NCBI GenBank assembly: GCA_029555385.1
Contig: JAKPSH010000288.1
Location: 26,718 to 90,717 of the forward strand
Reading direction: 5' to 3'
DNA length: 64,000 nt
DNA from: Pseudomonadota bacterium
Lineage (GTDB): Bacteria; Bdellovibrionota_C; UBA2361; SZUA-149
Shown here: positions 57,389 through 64,000 of the stretch, one piece after another
How positions within the stretch are numbered: position 1 is the stretch's first letter
Layout: every line of letters begins with the position of its first letter
Position numbers and translations under genes: made by a program
The notes under the pieces: model-generated
The model's input: the letters and a program-made list of their open reading frames with translations, nothing else
The model's database searches: none
Told to the model about the DNA's origin: nothing

Positions 57389-59047
57389 ATGCAGCGGATC
57401 TGTGCGGTAACCGGCGGACCTTTTGAGACATCCGCAGCGGAAGTTGAATACTGCCGCGCAAACGACGTCCCTTTGCCGGTGCTTTCTTTTCCTGAGCGGC
57501 TGCGGCAGATGCTTGTCTTCCGCAACCGCCCTTATCTTTATCACAGCACCTGCGCCTATTCCGGAAAACCAATTTTGAGCTGCGTCCCGCCGGAGAGGGG
57601 TCTCAGTGTTTACGACGTCGAGCTTTGGCAGTCAGATGTCTGGGATGCACGCAATTATGCGCAAAACTATAATTTCCAGCAGCCTTTTTTTCAGCAGTTC
57701 GGACGTTTATTCTCGCGTGTGCCCTACCCCAACCTCGCCGTCGTTCTGCCAACAATGGAAAACAGCTTCTATACCAACGGCATTACCAGCGCCAAAAACT
57801 GCTACCTCGTTTTTTCCTCCTCCTTCACGGAGGACTGCATGTTTTCTTACGCCCTTTGGCACTCCCGGTGTCTTGTTGACTGCGTTTTCGCAAAGCAGTG
57901 CGAACTTTGCTTTGATTGCGTAAACATCACCGACTGCTATAACCTTCGCTTCTCAGAACACTGCCAGAACTGCACTGATTCTGCTTTTCTTTTCCAATGC
58001 TACGGATGCGCTAACTGCTGGCTCTGCACTAATCTCAGTCACCGCAGTTATTGTTTCGAAAACGAGCAGTTGTCGAAAACTCAATACGAGAAAAAAATCC
58101 AGGAAATCGATCTGGGCAGCCGCATTGCGGTCAATGCACAGAAACGCCGTTTTCGCAAGATTTCTGCCGCCGCACCAATTAAGGTCTATTATGGCGCAGA
58201 GAACCTGAATTCCAGCGGCAACCACATTCGCAATACGCGTAATTGCCGCAACTGCTTCTTTGTCACCAATTCAGAGGATCTGACTGACTGCATTTATCTT
58301 GACCGCGCAAAAAGCTCCATTGCCCATGCTCATTTCGGCACTGATACTGAACTGATATACAACTCGGTGACCGCCGGTGACAGCGTTTATAATTTGCGAT
58401 TCTGCGCTGAGTGCTGGCAAGGTTCCCGCGATCTCGAATACTGCATTCTGTGCTGCTATGGATGCTCGCATTGCTTCGGCTGCACCGGATTGCGCAAGGC
58501 AAGTTATTGCATCCTCAACCGGCAGTACACCAAGGATGAATATTTCGCTCTCCTGCCCCGGGTCAAAGCTCATATGCGCAGCACCGGGGAATATGGGTCC
58601 TTCTTCCCTGCGGAACTGAGCCCGTTTTATTACAACAACAGCGAGGTTAACGCGTTTTTCCCGCTGCCGCCCGATGAAGCCGCAAAACGCGGCTTGCGCT
58701 GGAACAAGCAAGAGGAACTTCAAGCAGACCCAGCGCAAGTCACCGCTTTACCCGATCACATCTGCGATGTTGATGATGCAATCTGCACTAAGACACTACT
58801 CTCCGCACAATCCCGCAAAGCATTTCGAATTATCAAAGCCGAGTTGGATTTCTACCGGACACACCGGCTTGCGCCGCCCGGTCAAACACCTCTAGAGCGA
58901 ATTCACGAAAAGCTCAGCTTTTTCAGGATTCCTCCGCTCAGCGCAGGCCGCTGCGCAAAATGCGGTACCGCGTTTCAGACAGCGTATGAAACCGGACCCC
59001 ATCCTGTATTTTGCGAAACGTGCTTTCGCGATGCCGTATTCGCTTAA
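57389..59047 (+). CDS. Cysteine-rich cytoplasmic repeat protein (about 50 Cys in CxxC-x7-10-C modules), unknown function
   Basis: Tandem modules 'CQNCTDSAFLFQC', 'CANCWLCTNLSHRSYC', 'CRNCFFVTNSEDLTDC', 'CAECWQGSRDLEYC', 'CYGCSHCFGC'; duplicated block starting 'YNLRF'; C-terminal Zn-ribbon-like 'CAKCG...CETC'; no signal peptide. Confidence 0.6.
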   Translation: MQRICAVTGGPFETSAAEVEYCRANDVPLPVLSFPERLRQMLVFRNRPYLYHSTCAYSGKPILSCVPPERGLSVYDVELWQSDVWDARNYAQNYNFQQPFFQQFGRLFSRVPYPNLAVVLPTMENSFYTNGITSAKNCYLVFSSSFTEDCMFSYALWHSRCLVDCVFAKQCELCFDCVNITDCYNLRFSEHCQNCTDSAFLFQCYGCANCWLCTNLSHRSYCFENEQLSKTQYEKKIQEIDLGSRIAVNAQKRRFRKISAAAPIKVYYGAENLNSSGNHIRNTRNCRNCFFVTNSEDLTDCIYLDRAKSSIAHAHFGTDTELIYNSVTAGDSVYNLRFCAECWQGSRDLEYCILCCYGCSHCFGCTGLRKASYCILNRQYTKDEYFALLPRVKAHMRSTGEYGSFFPAELSPFYYNNSEVNAFFPLPPDEAAKRGLRWNKQEELQADPAQVTALPDHICDVDDAICTKTLLSAQSRKAFRIIKAELDFYRTHRLAPPGQTPLERIHEKLSFFRIPPLSAGRCAKCGTAFQTAYETGPHPVFCETCFRDAVFA

Positions 59048-59229
59048 ACCTGTGCTCCTTGCATGCTCCCGCGGCACGTCCGAGAATTACGCTGAGAATT
59101 TGCGGGTTGCCTAGGCTTGTGTCAATCAGGCACTATAGACATTGACTAAGATCGCGGCGAACGACGAATTTGCAAGTACCAAGATGCGCAAAATCAACCG
59201 GCAATCGATATTGACCACTGGAGACTGCG

Positions 59230-60921
59230 GTGCATGATTTAAGTGTGCTCATGACGTTCTCCAGCGGTCTCGCCGGGGCTTTAATCTTTGGCTATCTCGC
59301 GCACCGTTTGAAGGTGTCTCCGATCGTGGGATACTTGCTGGCGGGCATTGTGGTGGGTCCATTTACTCCCGGCTATGTCGCCGATCACTCCGTGGCTGAG
59401 AAATTTGCCGAGATCGGTGTGATTCTCCTCCTCTTTGGCATTGGGCTGCGCTTTCACTTGCAGGAGATGCTTGCGGTATGGCGCGTGGCCGTGCCGGGTG
59501 CGCTCATTCAAAGCACGATGTCTACCCTAGGTCTCGCGCTCTTGCTGCGCTTGCTCGGCTGGGATTGGATTCCGGGAATAATTCTGGGAATGGCCATTTC
59601 CGTGGCTAGCACGGTAGTCATGGCCCGGGTGCTCGACGAATGGCATGATCTGCATGCGCAGATCGGTTACATCGCAATCGGCTGGACGGTAGTGGAGGAC
59701 ATCCTCACGGTGGCAATGCTGCTGCTTCTGCCCATACTATTTGGCTCACAGGAAAGCGCTTCACAAAGCATCAGCTCCGTGCTGGGTTTGGCTGCGCTCA
59801 AGATTTCAGGATTGGTCGCCGTCGTCGTCGTGCTAGGACGTTGGGGGATCCCGTGGGCATTAGAGCAGATTGCCAAAACCCGCTCACGCGAGCTTTTCAC
59901 CCTTGCGGTACTCGTGCTTGCCGTGGGAATTGCCGTCGGTTCGGCCGAACTTTTCGGCGTATCCATGGAACTCGGCGCATTTCTTGCCGGCTTAGCGGTT
60001 GGCCGTTCAGAATTTGCGGCACGAGCCGCCGGCGATGCGGTCCCGATGCGCGATGCTTTCGCCGTGCTGTTCTTCGTTTCGGTTGGAATGCTATTTGATC
60101 CCAGCAGCTTGATTAAGACACCGCAGGTAATATCCCTTGTGCTGCTTGTGGTGGTGATCGGCAAACCCTTGGCCGCCGCGCTCACGGTGCGTGTTTTGGG
60201 CCTTCCGCTGGCCACTGCCGTCCCGGTAGGAGCAGCATTCTCTCAGGTGGGCGAGTTCAGCTTTATTCTCGGTACGGTTGCGCGTGAACTGGGCCTGATT
60301 AATGACAGCGGCTGGAATGCTTTGGTTGCCGCATCGATCATCTCCATCGCCTTTAATCCCACCATTTATCGCTGGGCACGCCAGATGTCGTCCCAGACGC
60401 CCAATCTTATTGTAAGCGGCACACGGCAGCCGCAAGAGATCCATCCCAACCGCTGCATTTTGATCGGCTATGGACCCATCGGTAAAATCGTACACCGGCT
60501 GCTCCGCAGCCGCGGCGCCGACGTCACCGTAATTGACCTGAACTTAGAAACCGTACGCCGGCTCCAGGCAAAGGGCCGCAAGGCGCTCTATGCCGACGTT
60601 TTGCGGCCCGGAACACTGGAAGAAGCGGGCATCGCAGCGGCCGGCAGTTTGATTTTGAGCGCCGATGTCGAAGATGCGGCTGAAATAATCCGGCAAGCGC
60701 GGGCGCTTAACCCGGCGCTCCGCATCCTCGTGCGCTGTGCTCATCTGCGCGCCGCGCGCGTATTGCGCCGCGCGGGCGCCACGTTTGTCGCAGCCGGTGA
60801 AGCCGAGGTCGGTGTCGCGCTGGCCGAAGCAGTCTCGATTGCCAGCGGAACTAGTCATGATGCTGCGGCAGAACAACGCACAGAAATTCGGCGTCATCTC
60901 TACGGCCCGCCAAAAGACTGA
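59230..60921 (+). CDS. CPA2-family cation/proton antiporter with C-terminal RCK (TrkA-N) domain (KefB/KefC-like)
   Basis: 12 or more TM helices; Rossmann motif 'ILIGYGPIGKIVHRLLRSRGADVTVID'. Confidence 0.85.
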   Translation: MHDLSVLMTFSSGLAGALIFGYLAHRLKVSPIVGYLLAGIVVGPFTPGYVADHSVAEKFAEIGVILLLFGIGLRFHLQEMLAVWRVAVPGALIQSTMSTLGLALLLRLLGWDWIPGIILGMAISVASTVVMARVLDEWHDLHAQIGYIAIGWTVVEDILTVAMLLLLPILFGSQESASQSISSVLGLAALKISGLVAVVVVLGRWGIPWALEQIAKTRSRELFTLAVLVLAVGIAVGSAELFGVSMELGAFLAGLAVGRSEFAARAAGDAVPMRDAFAVLFFVSVGMLFDPSSLIKTPQVISLVLLVVVIGKPLAAALTVRVLGLPLATAVPVGAAFSQVGEFSFILGTVARELGLINDSGWNALVAASIISIAFNPTIYRWARQMSSQTPNLIVSGTRQPQEIHPNRCILIGYGPIGKIVHRLLRSRGADVTVIDLNLETVRRLQAKGRKALYADVLRPGTLEEAGIAAAGSLILSADVEDAAEIIRQARALNPALRILVRCAHLRAARVLRRAGATFVAAGEAEVGVALAEAVSIASGTSHDAAAEQRTEIRRHLYGPPKD

Positions 60922-61061
60922 CCAACAAGCCGGAGCCCGCAGGGTGCTGACGGCGCGCCGCCGCCGGCTTGCAGAACTGCGCTTGCAGCGTATACTGCCG
61001 GGCTAAACAACCTACGGCCAGGCAAGCGCATTTCCACCAGCCGGTCCCGCCCCACCGGTGC

Positions 61062-61087
61062 AAAAAGGGCATGCCTTCAGCACCCGG
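61062..61087. repeat. Copy B of 26-nt motif AAAAAGG(GCAT)GCCTTCAGCACCCGG in the convergent antiporter/lptG intergenic region
   Basis: Matches 21257-21282 at 22 of 26 positions; preceded by CCGGTG about 20 nt upstream, giving the same hairpin context; followed by the small hairpin GCGAAT-TT-ATTCGC. Confidence 0.4.
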
Positions 61088-61116
61088 CTGCGGCGAATTT
61101 ATTCGCGTATTTGAGA

Positions 61117-62283
61117 CTAGCGATATTCAGCACGCGCGATTAAATAGCCGCCGATAGTTCCAAGCAGGATATTTGCCGACCAGGCAGATAATGTTACCGG
61201 CAGCAGTTCCGCACTGCCCAGAGAAGTGCTGATCGCGTGCACTACGTAATAACCGAACCCCGTGCTCACGCCGGCGACGAAACTGAGGCTCATATTTCCA
61301 GAGCGCGCGGGAATCAGCGCGAAAGAAAATGCCACAAGCACAACGATAAGATTTACCAACGGGAAAGAAACCTTTGCCGCCAAATCTACCAGGTAACGCG
61401 TCACGGGCACTCCGTCGCCGGAAAGTTTGGCGATATACTGCCTTAGTTCAGTGTAACTAAGCGTTTCTGGACTTCGCTCTAAATTGTAAAAATCGCGCGG
61501 TTTCTCCTTGATCACCAGCGGCAGTTCGCGGAAGGTCGTTACACTAAAATCGCTCTTACCAGAAGGCACGGCCTCCGCAACATCCTTCATCGACCAGCCA
61601 ATAAGCGGACTCCCGCCCCATGATGCCGAGCTGGCCACAATGCGTTTCTGCAGACGGAAATGATCATCTATTTTAAACAGAGAAATACCCTCGAGCGTCG
61701 AGGTGCGTGAATTATAAAAGCCGATGCTGTAGAACTTATTTTTGTCACGGTACCAAAAGTTGGCCTTGCTGAATCTTCCTTTTATGTCCTTTTTCTTGAT
61801 ATCAAGATGATAGATTTCCTCGACGCGCTGTGTGGCCCAAGGGACAAGCGTTTCACCCATCACGAACATGAGCACGGATACCACAAAGCCCGCTATCAGC
61901 AAGGGACGGACCAAGGAAAAGACGCTCGCACCGCAGGCGCGCATCGCCGTAATCTCTGAAAGCTGAGACAGGCGTCCGATGCTGATCAACACAGCGACAA
62001 GCACACTCACCGGAGTCATTAGCTGGATAATCAACGGAATCTTTAATCCAAGATACTCAACGGCCTGCCATAATGTCGATTGATTCTCGACAAAGACACG
62101 CATTCGTTCAAAAAGCTCAAAAACAAGAAACAGCGAAACGGCGGCAAAAAGACAAAGCATAAGCACGCTGAAGAACTGACGCAGGATGTAGCGGTCGATA
62201 ACCGTCGGGGACAGCCGGAGGGCGAACCGGCGCAGGGATCGCGTAAAAACCTTAAGCATCACCGATAGTCTAAGCTCTCTCAT
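61117..62283 (-). CDS. lptG: LPS export ABC permease LptG (YjgP/YjgQ family)
   Basis: 'VIDRYILRQFFSVLMLCLFAAVSLFLVFELFE' family start, 6 TM helices plus periplasmic beta-jellyroll; start set 11 nt after lptF stop instead of the track's extended ORF. Confidence 0.75.
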   Translation of the reverse strand: MRELRLSVMLKVFTRSLRRFALRLSPTVIDRYILRQFFSVLMLCLFAAVSLFLVFELFERMRVFVENQSTLWQAVEYLGLKIPLIIQLMTPVSVLVAVLISIGRLSQLSEITAMRACGASVFSLVRPLLIAGFVVSVLMFVMGETLVPWATQRVEEIYHLDIKKKDIKGRFSKANFWYRDKNKFYSIGFYNSRTSTLEGISLFKIDDHFRLQKRIVASSASWGGSPLIGWSMKDVAEAVPSGKSDFSVTTFRELPLVIKEKPRDFYNLERSPETLSYTELRQYIAKLSGDGVPVTRYLVDLAAKVSFPLVNLIVVLVAFSFALIPARSGNMSLSFVAGVSTGFGYYVVHAISTSLGSAELLPVTLSAWSANILLGTIGGYLIARAEYR

Positions 62284-62293
62284 GATACTGCTC

Positions 62294-63523
62294 TCATTGT
62301 GCTGCGGGAATGATACGCAGTTTTGCCGCAAGCCAGCGCAGCTTGTCGCCAATGGCTTCCGATACGGCAAGCCATTGTTCGCTCCCGGTCTTTTCTGCGA
62401 GATAAAGGCCAAGCACGGCAAACAGCAAGTTCGGCATCCAAACGACGGCAGCATGCGCCCGTCCTTGCTCGCCCAGCGTACTGGCCAGAGCAAACAGCAC
62501 ATAGTAAAAAAGAATCAACGAAATGCCCATGGCAACGTTCGCCGCAGCACCCCAGGTGTGCCCCCCGCGGCTGGGCTGAATGCCCAACGCCAGCGCAATC
62601 AGCGCGATGCAAAGGCAGGAAAACGGCAGCGCGATCCTTTTTTGAAGCTCTACCTGGAAACGTGCGAGATTGCGCCGTTGGTTTTTCTCATCAACAGGAG
62701 CTTCGCGCCGCAGCGCGGCAATCGCGTTGTTCAGCTCCGCGATGTACATTTCATTCGATTTCTTTCCGCCGCGTGTCGGCGCTTCTTCCAGCAGTTCCCG
62801 GTGCGGCAGCCGCACACTGGTAATTTCGAAATAAGTCATGCTGAAATCCTGTCCAGCGCCTTCCTGAATACTTCCATCAAAAAGTTTTAAGTTAAGAGTC
62901 CGGGATTTCTCGTCAGAAACGATTTGACCATGCTTTGCAAAAAAAATCCGCATTAATTCGGGATTGCGCAGATCGCTGATAATAACATTCTCCAGCTTGT
63001 TTCCGTTTTGTCCGATCCTCTCGGCATAGATTGTAAGCTGCCCCAGATTATTGAAGGCCCCAGGAACCAGCGCGGAGGTTGTCTGCCTTCGCGCAATTTC
63101 AAACATTCCCACGCCCAGACGGTGGTTCGCCCAAGGACGGATCCAGAAAGCAATGATGGTTGTGAAAAGCATTGCCGCGGCAGCAAAAAGGAGCACCGGA
63201 TAAGCGAGAGAACGAATGCTTAATCCCGTTGCGCGGATAACTATTATCTCGCTGTCTGAACTTAGCCGTCCGAATGCAAGAATCACGGCGAGGAGCAGAG
63301 ACATTGGAACAGCAATTTCGAGGAACCGGGGAATGATATACGAAAACAAAAGCAGAATGTCGCCGACAGGAACGTCCTTGTTAATCACCAAATCAACAAG
63401 TTTGAGACTTCGCGCAAGAAAGAGAATTCCGGTAAAAACAAACAAACTCAGCAGAAACGGCCAAAGGATCTCCGCCGTCACATAGCGGTAAATAATTGGT
63501 GGAATGATTCTAAAGCGGCGCAT
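62294..63523 (-). CDS. lptF: LPS export ABC permease LptF (YjgP/YjgQ family)
   Basis: 'IIYRYVTAEILWPFLLSLFVFTGILFLARSLKLVD' start; same family and tandem with lptG. Confidence 0.75.
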   Translation of the reverse strand: MRRFRIIPPIIYRYVTAEILWPFLLSLFVFTGILFLARSLKLVDLVINKDVPVGDILLLFSYIIPRFLEIAVPMSLLLAVILAFGRLSSDSEIIVIRATGLSIRSLAYPVLLFAAAAMLFTTIIAFWIRPWANHRLGVGMFEIARRQTTSALVPGAFNNLGQLTIYAERIGQNGNKLENVIISDLRNPELMRIFFAKHGQIVSDEKSRTLNLKLFDGSIQEGAGQDFSMTYFEITSVRLPHRELLEEAPTRGGKKSNEMYIAELNNAIAALRREAPVDEKNQRRNLARFQVELQKRIALPFSCLCIALIALALGIQPSRGGHTWGAAANVAMGISLILFYYVLFALASTLGEQGRAHAAVVWMPNLLFAVLGLYLAEKTGSEQWLAVSEAIGDKLRWLAAKLRIIPAAQ

Positions 63524-63656
63524 AGAGAATGCATTCTACATTTTCGCCCCGCCAAAGAAAGCCCCGGAATTGCGATGACTTTCCCGCAGTAAGAACGCTT
63601 GGCTCTACCCCTGCATCCGCCTTCTGGCCCGGCTTTCCTATTCACAGGAGGGTGTT

Positions 63657-63783
63657 CCTGAAAGTGGCTTTTGAACCGAGATCGTGCGAACGGGGAATTA
63701 CGGCGAAGGAGCCCTATTACCGGAGGGCGGCACTGAGTCGTAATTTCCCGTTCGCACGAGATCGGCCAAAAGCCGCATTCAGG
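63657..63783. repeat. Long imperfect inverted repeat (about 45-bp arms, about 36-bp spacer) immediately 3' of rpsU and 5' of lptF
   Basis: Arms CCTGAAAGTGGCTTTTGAACCGAGATCGTGCGAACGGGGAATTACG and CGTAATTTCCCGTTCGCACGAGATCGGCCAAAAGCCGCATTCAGG are reverse complements with a few mismatches. Confidence 0.5.
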
Positions 63784-63792
63784 GACGCCTTC

Positions 63793-63993
63793 CTATGGGG
63801 CGAAGCGTTTCTGGCGATCCAGGTCCTTGCGCCGTTTCTTTTTCGCTTCTTTCTCTTTGCGTTTTCGCCGTTCTGATGGCTTTTCATAAAACCGGCGAGA
63901 CTTTAATTCCTTGAACACTCCTTCGCGGATGAGCTTGCGCTTGAGAACGCGCATAGCCTTTTCAAGATTTTGATTAACGATGATCTCAATCAT
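63793..63993 (-). CDS. rpsU: 30S ribosomal protein S21
   Basis: 'MIEIIVNQNLEKAMRVLKRKLIREGVFKELKSRRFYEKPSERRKRK' matches the S21 family (RxFYEKPSE.RKR). Confidence 0.85.
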   Translation of the reverse strand: MIEIIVNQNLEKAMRVLKRKLIREGVFKELKSRRFYEKPSERRKRKEKEAKKKRRKDLDRQKRFAP

Positions 63994-64000
63994 TGCAGAA

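Overview
This is a 64 kb stretch from a high-GC (about 55-60%) Gram-negative-type chromosome, judged from LptD, LptF/G and an ArnT-like glycosyltransferase. It is densely coding on both strands, with roughly 55 protein genes and one tRNA-Pro(UGG). No rRNA, CRISPR array, transposase or integrase was recognised.

Housekeeping blocks:
- An addB(partial)-addA helicase-nuclease pair.
- An ArgA-like acetyltransferase, an acyl-CoA ligase, ampD, aat and rdgB.
- A tal-zwf-opcA pentose-phosphate operon.
- A complete his operon on the minus strand, hisG-H-F-(A/I/E fusion)-N-C-D, ending in a tandem degenerate IGPD-like gene.
- accD, lptD, a dTDP/GDP-deoxysugar cluster (rmlA-like, rmlD, manC, gmd, rmd/fcl-like), a CPA2-RCK antiporter, lptF-lptG and rpsU.

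Accessory or unusual content:
1. An orphan flagellar-type export-gate cluster, fliP-fliQ-fliR-flhB, in which FlhB ends right after its membrane domain and lacks the NPTH cytoplasmic domain. It sits beside a TPR protein and a HEAT-repeat protein.
2. A divergent pair of group-3 (sigma-28-like) sigma factors, one carrying a C-terminal transmembrane tail anchor, plus a small charged protein.
3. A 552-aa cytoplasmic protein with about 50 cysteines in CxxC-x(7-10)-C tandem modules, immediately after a ferredoxin gene.
4. A Ser/Thr-kinase-like protein with degenerate catalytic motifs (HRDLRPAH, GGF instead of DFG) fused through a TM helix to ankyrin repeats. Next to it is a lower-GC Kir-type K+ channel whose filter reads TVGYE.
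5. A 600-aa single-pass membrane protein with five internal repeats.
6. A B12-binding radical SAM gene (lower GC) with an acyl-CoA dehydrogenase and an atypical receiver protein.
7. Non-coding structure: an AT-rich roughly 380 bp island with an 11-bp-stem hairpin and direct repeats, a 26-nt motif present twice in intergenic hairpins, and a long imperfect inverted repeat downstream of rpsU.

All calls rest on motif-level reading of the six-frame translations. No database search was possible.
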